Source: an uncultured delta proteobacterium (GTDB taxonomy: Bacteria; Desulfobacterota; Binatia; UBA9968). Taken from it: a stretch of 64,000 bases of DNA. Where the stretch lies: the NCBI GenBank assembly GCA_963755715.1, contig CAVWLW010000024.1, forward strand, positions 128,001 through 192,000. Reading direction: 5' to 3'. The position numbers and the translations under genes were made by a program. Shown piece by piece: positions 37,153 to 46,637 of the stretch; within the stretch, counting starts at the first letter, position 1; every line of letters begins with the position of its first letter. Below the pieces are notes generated by a model. That model was not told where the DNA came from and searched no databases. It saw only the letters and a program-made list of their open reading frames with translations.

Positions 37153-37362
37153 ATGATGACCATTAACACTAATTCTATGCTCGACGAAGAATGTGGTCAG
37201 GAATTTTTCGACAGCGTGACAGACGAAGAACTCATTTATCTTTGGCGTTGGATCAAAGGACGTGGCATTTCCGCGAACGAAGCATGGAATGTGGTGTTGA
37301 CTGGACTTGCTCTCGACAAGGCATTCGACAAGAGCAAAACGTGTATGCAGATCGAGCACTAG
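37153..37362 (+). CDS. Small hypothetical protein
   Basis: GGAG RBS before ATG; 69 aa; no recognised motif. Confidence 0.4.
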   Translation: MMTINTNSMLDEECGQEFFDSVTDEELIYLWRWIKGRGISANEAWNVVLTGLALDKAFDKSKTCMQIEH

Positions 37363-37665
37363 GCAATAAAAACGTGATGAACGTGCTTCGAGCAACCGAG
37401 TGACTTAAAGCCGACTCAATATTAGTCTTGAAACCTAATTACTGCTGTAGGTGCGACCGCTGCCGCGTTACTCACAGGGCCATGAACCTAAATCAACTCA
37501 AAAGCTTTGCAGTCTCTCGCCGTCTCACTTAGCTGCTTGCCCCCGTGGTGAGGAATGGTGATGGGCAAATAAGCCATTCGCTGCCATCCTTAATCGCCTC
37601 TTATCTGCGCTTGATTTATGCCGAGGCGATTTCTGATCCCTTGCCTTGCGCTGTGTCTCGGTACG

Positions 37666-38250
37666 TTAGACTAGAACGAGATCGCCAATCTGTTTTATTG
37701 AATAGCCGACGTGGGATTTCAGGATGTTAAAAATCTCATAGCAGAATTCGGTATCGTCAAATTGCATCGCACCCATGTATCGAAGACTCTGATACTCGAT
37801 TGTCAGGAATAACATGGTATGGAACAGATCATTCATCAATACCTGCTTAAGGATGCCAATTTCACCGACTGCACTATCATTGCGTTCTCGCCGCGTTGTT
37901 GTCCATAAAGGGGGCCAGCTTTGAAAACCGCTCGTTCGTGTCATGCCCGGATGATAGCGAAACATTAGATCATTAATCGCAGGTTCATTATCTGTACACT
38001 GGACAAATTCGCTTTTGTTTAAATCCTTCGCAGCTGCGGGTTGAGAGTCGATCCAATCTTTGCCTGCCTGGAGACCGAAGGCTACTGCTTCGCTCTCCGT
38101 TGGAAAAATTCCGGCCAAATCGCTAATCGTGTGCAGTTTCTGCGTAGCGGTTTTCCAGAAAATGCAAACCATCGATTTCCACTGACTTGTAGCTTCATTA
38201 CATTCACCCGAAGCGACGATGAGACGGCTCCTATAGAGCGACTTAGCCAT
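37666..38250 (-). CDS. Hypothetical protein, apparently two small domains
   Basis: 194 aa; module ending EAVAFGLQAGKDWID, linker, module HPGMTR..SWPPLW...IGDL. Confidence 0.6.
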   Translation of the reverse strand: MAKSLYRSRLIVASGECNEATSQWKSMVCIFWKTATQKLHTISDLAGIFPTESEAVAFGLQAGKDWIDSQPAAAKDLNKSEFVQCTDNEPAINDLMFRYHPGMTRTSGFQSWPPLWTTTRRERNDSAVGEIGILKQVLMNDLFHTMLFLTIEYQSLRYMGAMQFDDTEFCYEIFNILKSHVGYSIKQIGDLVLV

Positions 38251-38642
38251 ACGAAATTCTTTATTGTTCGAGCTTGGGCTAAAATTGGCCCGCAGCTTTC
38301 CCGCTCAAATCGCTAGGACGTAGATAGATTCAGTCAGCCCATCGAGACCACGGTTTTTTCTGCAGTTGTTATCCCCACCGCTCTTTTTCAGCAAGAACAA
38401 TAATTAGATCAGAGTTGGGCGCTTCGTATAACTATTTTTATTTCCTCGATCTCCCGCAAATAGATTTGCTCCCGCATGAGTAACGAGCGCGGTGCTATTT
38501 TGGCTTTGGAATCTCGGGATATCTTTTGAGCAGATAAGAATGATAACTAAACAATAACAGCCGTAATACTGATTTCAGAATGACTGAAGATCCATGCGTA
38601 TGCCTGAAGATTCCGGCGTAATGATTGAGCGAGGCAGCGGCT

Positions 38643-38897
38643 CTATTGATCGGACGGAAATTGGAGGGCTCGTTTGATGGCGGGAATGGCGTCGGGGCAG
38701 AGCCTGGTTGCCAAACCGAGAAGTGCTTGGGCCTGCTCTTTTTCACAGAGAATTTGGATGAACCGCTCGAACTCATTCCCTTTCGGGCGGCGGTCGATGC
38801 AACCATTCATCAAGACGCTAAACTCGGGCGATGACATGTCGCATTTGTCGCGCAACTGATCGTAACGCTCAAGAGGCAGTTCAATGGTGACTTTCAT
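38643..38897 (-). CDS. Small hypothetical protein
   Basis: 84 aa, ATG start, protein-like composition. Confidence 0.55.
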   Translation of the reverse strand: MKVTIELPLERYDQLRDKCDMSSPEFSVLMNGCIDRRPKGNEFERFIQILCEKEQAQALLGLATRLCPDAIPAIKRALQFPSDQ

Positions 38898-39049
38898 TCC
38901 GCGAGGCTAATCTTCTCGACTCCAAAGCGCAAGGACAAATCATGGCGGGTCTGAGATGGACAAAATCCAGCCCCGAAGTAGGGGAGTCTCAGTTGGCGCT
39001 GCGGATCGGAGGTATTTCGTACAGAGAGTGGTAGAGAAAAGCCACGCCA

Positions 39050-39508
39050 TTAATTGGTGTTTATCAAGCGACGTAGTTGTGAAAAAGCGCGGCTGGCATT
39101 TAGCGATGCATTTCTTAAACTAGCGAGAATCCCGTGCTCGTACTCCACGATGCATTCGTTACAGACGGCGTAGTCGCCCGGCACTTCCAAGCAAGCAACA
39201 TAAGCATCAATGGGCCAGTGCGAACAGCTCGTGCAGAAGTGCCAGATATCATTGGAGCCTGTTCTGCGAAATTCAGCCGACGAAATCTTAAACAGAGGCG
39301 AGGAGGGATCAGTTTTTTTATCATACGAGCGATGCCCCGAAGAGCATCGGTACACCAGGAGGGGAATAGGGTCGTGCGTTTTTTCCTCTATGACATCCAG
39401 ACCGCATGCTTGTCCATCGGTGATGACGGGGCATTGGGTAATCGATCTGGCTGCTCTTTTAATCCTCAGTATCGTAAGCGACGAAAGTTCTTTCTCATCC
39501 ACAGACAA
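39050..39508 (-). CDS. Cys/His-rich hypothetical protein (possible zinc-binding)
   Basis: CPV..CGL, YRCSSGH, WHFCTSCSHWP, VCNEC. Confidence 0.5.
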   Translation of the reverse strand: MSVDEKELSSLTILRIKRAARSITQCPVITDGQACGLDVIEEKTHDPIPLLVYRCSSGHRSYDKKTDPSSPLFKISSAEFRRTGSNDIWHFCTSCSHWPIDAYVACLEVPGDYAVCNECIVEYEHGILASLRNASLNASRAFSQLRRLINTN

Positions 39509-39716
39509 CCACCCTTCACGAACAAGTTGACATTGAATCTTATTTTAAAACACCACGGGTTTACAGGAATATTTTGGTCGGTAGGGGAGCATCTTGATAG
39601 TAATAGGTCTCAATGCCAGCAAAATCATGACGGTGATGTCGGGACAAGGAATATTTGGACAGCGAGATTGTTTTTAGACGGGTAGATTCATCCGAAATTT
39701 ACCGCAATATTCAGTA

Positions 39717-39932
39717 ATGCTATGGAATATCAAAGCTGCCGAAAATCTGATCTCTGGTGATTTTGTCGAATTTATAAAAGACGGAGACGGCAACCTAAGT
39801 TGTAGAAAAGCTTTGGAACTAGGGTCAATTACTGCAATCGCGGCGAGAGATATCGCAGAGGGCGAAATGCTCACCTTTGATACGAACGGTGATACTAAAG
39901 ATTTGACGACACCCCAAAAGGCAACCTCGTGA
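39717..39932 (+). CDS. Small hypothetical protein
   Basis: 71 aa with AARDIAEGEMLTFD. Confidence 0.5.
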   Translation: MLWNIKAAENLISGDFVEFIKDGDGNLSCRKALELGSITAIAARDIAEGEMLTFDTNGDTKDLTTPQKATS

Positions 39933-40204
39933 AACAATCGCCGTTTATTTATATGTTGTATCGCTATCCCAAAGGCGAATCTAAAGCTTTTCTCATGCCC
40001 TTCAACGGTTTTCTGAATGCGATTGCAGCCCGGCTGAGACTGCCAACTTCCGGCCAGATTCATTTCCGTCAGACCATTCGGACGACATTGAAAACACCCT
40101 CGCGAAGCTCCCATCGTCCCGCAGTGAGGGGTTGAGTCGGCCAAGCCGCAGAGTTAGGCTTCAATTTGGCCGCAAAAGCAATCAAATCTCGCCGGAGGTT
40201 TCCG

Positions 40205-40588
40205 ATGAGAAGTATATTCGCGGTATTGCTTTCCAGTCTCGCCGTCCTCTGCGCGTTGTTCGTCCTCATTTCGGAAGATCGCAGCACGCCGAGTAGCTCG
40301 GAGCTGATACAGCGAGAAAAAACCTCCGACGCCGGGGACCGTTTGGTGCAAGCCATTATGCTCCAACGCCAACGACGATCGGATTATTCCAAAGCTCCAA
40401 ATTCAGATCAGATAATCAAAGCGCAGCTAGTTTTGAAAAATGACGGTATTTACTCAGGCCCGGTTGACGGTAAGATGAGCCAGGGCACTCGCGAGGCTAT
40501 CCGGTCGTTTCAACAATCACACGAACTTAACGTGACCGGAGCAATTGATGACGACACAGCTCGGGAGTTGGGTCTTCAACAACAATGA
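40205..40588 (+). CDS. Peptidoglycan-binding domain protein
   Basis: N-terminal TM/signal; AQLVLK..GPVDGKM...TREAIRSFQ...LNVTG.ID..T (PG_binding_1). Confidence 0.8.
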   Translation: MRSIFAVLLSSLAVLCALFVLISEDRSTPSSSELIQREKTSDAGDRLVQAIMLQRQRRSDYSKAPNSDQIIKAQLVLKNDGIYSGPVDGKMSQGTREAIRSFQQSHELNVTGAIDDDTARELGLQQQ

Positions 40589-40942
40589 TTCACTATCCAC
40601 CCACGAACGACCATCTGAGGTCGGGTCTGAATTCCTTTTAGAGATCACCGCTAGGAATGAAAAGCGTGCGTCAATCAGCGCAGATGCATTCCTCGGTAAA
40701 CAACGTCGTGCATATTTAGGCCAACCGTTGCTCTAACCCAAAAAGCATCCTGCCGCGCTGTTATTCACCGGCAACAGTCCAGTTCTTCAGCAAATAGCAG
40801 GTAGACGCGCTAAGAGAGATCTTTTGGATCATTTAATGTTTGGCCGGTAAGATCTCCAGTTCCGGCGCCTTCTCCGGCGTGCGGTTGCTTTCTGTCCTTG
40901 ACGTGGGTTAGAAGAACATTCGCGCTCATGGAGGTTGGCGAT

Positions 40943-41200
40943 ATGGCCATTGATAAACGCAAGGCGCTTCAACCCGTCCTTGATAGCATCGAGAAGGGAT
41001 GGCAGATCACAAAGCCCTCCCCTCTAAATCCGGATGACCCCGAAACCGAATGCATTTTCCAACACGGAGCGGCAGGCCACGAACAAGTCAGAATTGTGAT
41101 TGATAATGGCCTTTTCCGACTCAGCAATATGTCCGAACTTCAGGACCTCGTTCGATCTGCAGTCAAACCTGGCCCCAAAATTTACTTAGCGAGACCGTAG
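40943..41200 (+). CDS. Small hypothetical protein
   Basis: GGAGG RBS before ATG 40943. Confidence 0.5.
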   Translation: MAIDKRKALQPVLDSIEKGWQITKPSPLNPDDPETECIFQHGAAGHEQVRIVIDNGLFRLSNMSELQDLVRSAVKPGPKIYLARP

Positions 41201-41293
41201 CTCGGGACTTAGCGGATGGGCGCCTGAGCCTTCTGGCCGATTTTTCGACGATCCAGGATCGTCTAGGCGGCTCTTTGGAAGGAAGAAGCTGTA

Positions 41294-41827
41294 GTGGCGC
41301 GCGGACTTAAAGTTTTTTTCACCCTTGCGTCGGTTGTCTTCCCTGCCGCATGCTCGCCTCAGCCCCAAACTCATCCTGTCGATACGGCGCCGGCACCAGC
41401 TAACGTGCGTATGGTGGAACAGTGCTCAACGCTTGGCAATATGTTGTGCGGTGCGGTTTCGCTGCTATCCGGCGAAACGGCGGTCGAACGCCGATCAGCC
41501 TGCATGGTGTACGTCGAGACTAGTGGCAGGCGCGTTGAACAATGCGGATCGCTCCCGGCGTCACAATCCTCTATTGTCAGTCCGTCCACTAAACCGTCAG
41601 AACCTACGAAGACAGCCCACCTCTCATGGAAAGACAATAGCGGTAACGAAACCGGCTTTAGAATTTATCGAATTACAGGGAACCAAAAAGTAAAGATAGC
41701 CGAGTTGGGACCCAATACCACAACTTATATTGACAAAGATGCCCCGCCCAAAGCATGTTATCTAGTCGTCTCTTTTAATTCCGCTGGAGAGTCTTCACCA
41801 ACTAGCAAAGCTTGTCTGCCAGATTGA
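41294..41827 (+). CDS. Putative lipoprotein with fibronectin type III-like domain
   Basis: PAAC lipobox-like; LSWKDNSGNETGFRIYR...TYID...FNSAGES. Confidence 0.7.
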   Translation: MARGLKVFFTLASVVFPAACSPQPQTHPVDTAPAPANVRMVEQCSTLGNMLCGAVSLLSGETAVERRSACMVYVETSGRRVEQCGSLPASQSSIVSPSTKPSEPTKTAHLSWKDNSGNETGFRIYRITGNQKVKIAELGPNTTTYIDKDAPPKACYLVVSFNSAGESSPTSKACLPD

Positions 41828-42086
41828 CCCGTGAGTTAAGCCGAAAGTCATCGCAGGAGGGACTAAGCCTTCCTGAACACGTATCTCTGCTTCTTCATGC
41901 CTGTCGTCACGTACCATAGGTTGTAACTTCGACGTGCTCGTGCGTGTTCTGTCAATGCTACCACGTGTTTTCGATCCATGGTCTCGAATCAAATGAAGTT
42001 TAGCGAACAATGCACGATATTGTCACAGTTAGCTTTTCTTGGTGATAGGTCATAGACGCACGAGATCGATTCCTAAAAAACGTGAG

Positions 42087-42419
42087 TCAGTGGGTTTTGA
42101 TCAATGAGAAAAATAAAATTAAATCTTCGCTTTTGCCAGCGGCAAAATCGTGCGGCGTACCTTTTGGGATGTGGCAGATCGTGCCCGGCCTTAACGGAAA
42201 TCGTTCGCCGTCGATGCGCAAACGGCCGCTGCCTTTGATGACGTGGCAGACGACGTCTTTGTCGGCGTGGTTGATTTGTTTCGGATTGGATTTTTTCGTC
42301 GAGCGGAAGGCGATCAGGCCGCTGGTGAATTGCTTTCCTCCGAAGCAATCGGCGTAGCGGATCTCGTCATTGAGTTTTTTAAGACATCTAAGGGCTTGGC
42401 TGATCTTGATGAGTTTCAT
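42087..42419 (-). CDS. Cupin domain protein
   Basis: HADKD..HVIKGSG, IPKGTPH. Confidence 0.85.
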   Translation of the reverse strand: MKLIKISQALRCLKKLNDEIRYADCFGGKQFTSGLIAFRSTKKSNPKQINHADKDVVCHVIKGSGRLRIDGERFPLRPGTICHIPKGTPHDFAAGKSEDLILFFSLIKTH

Positions 42420-42468
42420 CTTGGGCTAGCATGAGACACGAGGCAACAGGCGAAATTGCACTCTCGTC

Positions 42469-43425
42469 TCACGCCCTCTCCGTGACTGCCTCGACAATCT
42501 CTTTAATCGCTTGCTCCGCCTGGTCGTTGGGGACGCGGCTCGAGCCGACGACTTTGTGGCCGCCGCCGCCGTAGTTTTTGAGCAGCTCGCCGACGTTGAC
42601 GTTGGAAGTCGGGTTGAAGATGTTGTAGCCGACGGAGATGGCCGTGGTGTTTTCGCGCTGGGAGTCGTGGGCGACTTTGACTTGGATATTGCCTTTGGGA
42701 AATAGCGTGAAGATCAAGAAGCGGTTGCCGTCGGGAATCTCTTTGATGCTGCGCAGGTCGCAGTAGATGACGTTGCCTTTCATCGTCGTCCGTTCGAGCA
42801 AAAGCTGGCGCAGTTTTTCCTGTTCGTCGCGGATCATCTGGCAGCGTTTTTTGACCTCGGCATCGTTCAACGTTACTTCCAGCGTCGTGTCGCGCAGAAG
42901 ATCGATAATCTTTAGCCAGTAAGACTCATCGCCGGCGTTCTTGCCGTCAGTGGTCATCGAAATCAGCACATAGCCCTGCGGATTGAGAACGTCTTCCTGT
43001 TCCAGCTTGCCGGCGTCGATCCGGTCGGCTTCGTGCATTAAATACTTCATTCGCTCAGTGCCCAGAAACGAGAGAATTTCATCTCCGGAAATCTTACGGT
43101 TGCTTGTTGCCTGATGCCTATTGCCTATCTCCGTATAGTATTCATACACCACCCGCGCCGCGCTCGGCGCGAGACGAAAACCGCCTTTGCCGAGCACGAT
43201 CGGCTGGGGAAAATTCGGCGTCGTGTTGGTGATGTGATGATCGAACCAGAGCGTGCAATTCGGATGGTAGGGGAGATTGGTAATAATATCGCCGCTGCGG
43301 ATCTCTACCAGCCCGTCCTGCATGAACTTTGGCTCGACGAAAAGATAGTCCTCGATCTTCTCGAATTTTGTTACCAGGGCGCCGCAAACCAATCCGTCGA
43401 AATCCGCACGGGTTACGAGTCTCAT
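42469..43425 (-). CDS. DHH-family phosphoesterase (nanoRNase/exopolyphosphatase-like)
   Basis: RLVTRADFDGL, FDHH, PSAARV, GGGH; start overlaps the ald stop (ATGA). Confidence 0.8.
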   Translation of the reverse strand: MRLVTRADFDGLVCGALVTKFEKIEDYLFVEPKFMQDGLVEIRSGDIITNLPYHPNCTLWFDHHITNTTPNFPQPIVLGKGGFRLAPSAARVVYEYYTEIGNRHQATSNRKISGDEILSFLGTERMKYLMHEADRIDAGKLEQEDVLNPQGYVLISMTTDGKNAGDESYWLKIIDLLRDTTLEVTLNDAEVKKRCQMIRDEQEKLRQLLLERTTMKGNVIYCDLRSIKEIPDGNRFLIFTLFPKGNIQVKVAHDSQRENTTAISVGYNIFNPTSNVNVGELLKNYGGGGHKVVGSSRVPNDQAEQAIKEIVEAVTERA

Positions 43426-44540
43426 GCGCGAATGACCTCCTCGACCGGCGTCCACGGCCAGTTAAATGCGTTGGCGACGCCTTCATGGGTAATTTTACCG
43501 GCGTAAGTGTTGAGCCCCTTGGCCAGAGCCTTGTCGCGCGCCAGCGCCTGAGGAAAACCGCGATTCGCCAGTTGCAGGCCGTAAGAGAGCGTAGAATTGG
43601 TCAGCGCATAAGTTGAAGTATTCGGCACGATCGCCGGCATGTTCGTGACGCAATAGTGGACCACGTCTTCGTCGATATAAATCGGCTCGCGGTGGGTCGT
43701 CGGTCGCGAAGTCTCGGCGCATCCGCCTTGATCGATGGCGATGTCGATGAACGCCGCCCCGGCTTTCATGCGGCGCACCAGCGCGCGGGAAATCAGCTTC
43801 GGCGCCTGCGCGCCCGGGATCAGCACCGAGCCGATCACTAAATCGGCTTCGATAACTTCTTCTTCGAGATTGGCGCGATTGGACATCAGGGTTGTCAGGT
43901 GTCCGCCGAGGATATCATGCACGTAGCGGAGCTTGCTCGGATTGATATCAAGGATGCTGACATAAGCGCCCATGCCGGTTGCGACCTGGCAAGCGGCGGT
44001 GCCGGACATGCCGGCGCCGAGAATCACCACCTTGGCGGGCCGAACGCCCGAGGCGCCGCCGAGAAGAATACCGCGCCCGCCGTTTTCCGCTTGCAAACAC
44101 CAGGCACCGACCTGGATCGATAAGCGCCCGGCAATCTCGCTCATCGGCGCCAGGAGTGGCAGTGAGCCGTCATCGAGCTGGATCGTCTCGTAACCGATCG
44201 CTGTGACTTTGCGGTCGAGCAAAGCGCGCGTCACCGATTCATTGGCGGCCAGGTGAAGGTAAGTGAAGAGGATCAGGCCGGGGCGAAGCAGGGGATATTC
44301 GGCAACCTGCGGCTCTTTGACCTTCATGATCATGTCCGCTTGCTGCCAAACGTCTTCCGCTGTTTCGATCATCGTCGCGCCGGCGCTTTCATAGGCGCGG
44401 TCGGTCAGGCCGCTGCCGAGTCCTGCGCCTTTTTGAATCAACACTTTATGATTGCGCGCGACGAAACCAGCCACACCGGTGGGCGTGACCGCAACGCGGT
44501 TTTCTTCGGTTTTGATTTCTTTTGGCACGCCGATGATCAT
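43422..44540 (-). CDS. ald: Alanine dehydrogenase
   Basis: GVPKEIK..ENRV, KVKEP, FTYLHLA, PMSEIAGR, IDQGGC, NMP. Confidence 0.93.
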   Translation of the reverse strand: MIIGVPKEIKTEENRVAVTPTGVAGFVARNHKVLIQKGAGLGSGLTDRAYESAGATMIETAEDVWQQADMIMKVKEPQVAEYPLLRPGLILFTYLHLAANESVTRALLDRKVTAIGYETIQLDDGSLPLLAPMSEIAGRLSIQVGAWCLQAENGGRGILLGGASGVRPAKVVILGAGMSGTAACQVATGMGAYVSILDINPSKLRYVHDILGGHLTTLMSNRANLEEEVIEADLVIGSVLIPGAQAPKLISRALVRRMKAGAAFIDIAIDQGGCAETSRPTTHREPIYIDEDVVHYCVTNMPAIVPNTSTYALTNSTLSYGLQLANRGFPQALARDKALAKGLNTYAGKITHEGVANAFNWPWTPVEEVIRA

Positions 44541-44561
44541 GAAGAAAGGCTAAACGATGGG

Positions 44562-44626
44562 AGGGCAAAAGGCAAAAGTAAAAGACAATGAGGAAGTCAG
44601 GAGTCAGGAGCCAGAAGTCAGAGGTC
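44562..44626 (+). repeat. Degenerate heptamer tandem tracts (GGCAAAA; G(A/G)AGTCA)
   Basis: gggcaaaaggcaaaagtaaaaga and gaagtcaggagtcaggagccagaagtcagaggtc. Confidence 0.6.
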
Positions 44627-44632
44627 GGGGCG

Positions 44633-44998
44633 CTATCGGCCGACGGACCAGACCAGGATGGCCCAGCCGATTAGGAACGCGAGGCCGCCGATCGGCGTGA
44701 TGGCGCCGAGCCAGCGGATATCAGTCGCGCTCAAAAGGTAAAGGCTGCCGGAGAAGACGACGATGCCGACAATGAACGCCCATCCGGCGGCGTTGAGGTT
44801 GGCCTCGGGCCAGCGCGTCATTGCCCAAGCAACGGCGATCAGGCCGAGCGCATGATACATCTGGTAGCGCACGCCGACTTCGAAGATGTTGAGCATATCC
44901 GGGGAGAGCTTCGTTTTCAGAGAGTGGGCGCCGAAGGCGCCGAGAGCGACCGCGATAAAAGCGGCGATGGCGCCGGAGAGAAAGAAGAAACGGTCCAT
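44633..44998 (-). CDS. DUF423 (YgdD/TMEM256) membrane protein
   Basis: GAFGAH, YQMYHA, FSGSLY, GAITPIGG. Confidence 0.93.
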   Translation of the reverse strand: MDRFFFLSGAIAAFIAVALGAFGAHSLKTKLSPDMLNIFEVGVRYQMYHALGLIAVAWAMTRWPEANLNAAGWAFIVGIVVFSGSLYLLSATDIRWLGAITPIGGLAFLIGWAILVWSVGR

Positions 44999-45049
44999 GG
45001 TACTTCCGTGTTCGTGGGCGTGTTGTGCTCGGAACGGTTTGAGATTTAC

Positions 45050-46525
45050 TTAGGACGCGGGCGCGCTGCGATTGAGCGAGACGACCATCTCGCCTTTCTG
45101 GATCACGATCTGGCGATAATCTTTGCGTTTGCTCAATGCTTCGATCAGATTTACCAGCGGCTGGCGTGCCGTGAGATATTCCTTCGGGGCGCCGGCGGCG
45201 CGCATGGCGTCAATCTCTTCGACGTTAAGATTCCAGCGTAGTAAAAATTCCTCGTCGGAAACGTTTTCGGCATTCATCTTCTTGCGCAGCTCGGCAATAC
45301 TCGGCTCCGGCGGTTGCCATGCCGCCCACTCTTTGGCGCGCGGGCGATCCATGATCTTCGCCTTGATCGCCGGGTCCATCAGTTCCGCGCCTTCCTTGCC
45401 CCAGTAGCCGAGCGCATACTGAATAATTTGATCGGTGACTTCCTTATAGCGGTCGCCGACGATGACGTTGATCGCCGCCTGGCTGCCGACGAATTGCGAC
45501 AGCGGCGTGACCATGATCGGGTAGCCGAGCTCCGCGCGCACGCACATGGTTTCTTCCAGCGCTTGGTCGATCTTTTTCTCCATGCCGACCTTGCGCAGTT
45601 GGAAGCGCAAATTGGAAATCATGCCGCCGGGCACCTGGTGTTGGTATTGAGAATAGTCGTATTCCACCGGCTCGCCGATGGGAAAACCTTCGCGCTTGGC
45701 GATGTAGGTGAAATGGTCCGACACCGGCTTGAGAATCTCTTCGTCGATCAGCGGTTTGTAGCCAAGGGCGCGGAGATTTTTTGCAACGTTAAAAAGCGAC
45801 GGGTTCGACGATCCGTCGGCCAGCGGCGGCAGCGCGGTGTTGACGATCTTGATGCCGAGCTTGACCGCTTCGAGACAACAAAGCGGGCCGAGGCCGGTGG
45901 TGCAGTGGGTGTGCAGTTCGATCGGAATCCCGTCGGCGTTGGCGAACATGATCGGCACCAAGGTTTGCAGTCGTTCAGGCGTCAGCAGTCCGCCGGGATC
46001 TTTGAGGCAAAGACGATTGACTTTGAGCGATGCCGCCTGGCGCGTGCGCTCGGCGAAGTATTCGTCGGTGTGCTTCGGCGATACGGAGTAAATGATGTTC
46101 AGCACCGGATTGATGCCGACATCGCGGGAGACTTTCGTCTTCCACTCCCAGCCCTCGAGCTCGTTCCACTCTTCGGAAATGCGCGCTTCGCGGATACCGT
46201 TGGCCGCCATTCGTTCCATGAAAAGCCGGTACATGGAGCGCGGCGTGATATCGAACGCGCTGAATCGGCCGGCGTTCAAGCGCAGCGGCGTGCGCGGCAT
46301 CCGTTCGCGCATCAATCTGACCCGCGCCCAGGGATCTTCTTTGAGCTCGCGCACGCATTTTTTCAAATGCGAGCTGGAGATCAATTCGATCGCGTCGAAG
46401 CCGGCGCGGTCCAGGGTTTCGGCCACCGGCAGCATCATGCCCGTGGTCATGTTCTCGGCCCACAAGCTCTGATGGCCGTCGCGAATCGTGGTGTCGACAA
46501 ATTTTATGCCGTCTGTTTGTACCAT
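45050..46525 (-). CDS. Stand-alone pyruvate/oxaloacetate carboxyltransferase-like subunit (PycB/OadA CT domain, no biotinyl domain)
   Basis: DTTIRDGHQSL, LKDPGG, LHTHCT, VPGGM, YPIMVTPLSQ. Confidence 0.85.
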   Translation of the reverse strand: MVQTDGIKFVDTTIRDGHQSLWAENMTTGMMLPVAETLDRAGFDAIELISSSHLKKCVRELKEDPWARVRLMRERMPRTPLRLNAGRFSAFDITPRSMYRLFMERMAANGIREARISEEWNELEGWEWKTKVSRDVGINPVLNIIYSVSPKHTDEYFAERTRQAASLKVNRLCLKDPGGLLTPERLQTLVPIMFANADGIPIELHTHCTTGLGPLCCLEAVKLGIKIVNTALPPLADGSSNPSLFNVAKNLRALGYKPLIDEEILKPVSDHFTYIAKREGFPIGEPVEYDYSQYQHQVPGGMISNLRFQLRKVGMEKKIDQALEETMCVRAELGYPIMVTPLSQFVGSQAAINVIVGDRYKEVTDQIIQYALGYWGKEGAELMDPAIKAKIMDRPRAKEWAAWQPPEPSIAELRKKMNAENVSDEEFLLRWNLNVEEIDAMRAAGAPKEYLTARQPLVNLIEALSKRKDYRQIVIQKGEMVVSLNRSAPAS

Positions 46526-46539
46526 ACCGGAACCTGATG

Positions 46540-46616
46540 CTCACCACGAAGGACACGAAGGTTTTTAATAATGAAATAAACTCCGAACTTCGTGCTCTTC
46601 GTGTCTTCGTGGTGAG
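46540..46616. repeat. CACCACGAAG inverted-repeat pair (uninterrupted)
   Basis: ctcaccacgaaggacacgaag-AT-rich spacer-cttcgtgctcttcgtgtcttcgtggtgag. Confidence 0.85.
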
Positions 46617-46637
46617 TCTGTCTTATATTTTCCGCCT

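Noticed and set aside
36188-42060. Intact prophage or ICE
   Set aside because: The integrase is truncated; no structural, replication or conjugation genes; no att duplication found by eye
45314-46537. 407-aa plus-strand ORF and similar long antisense ORFs
   Set aside because: Shadow frames of GC-rich genes on the opposite strand
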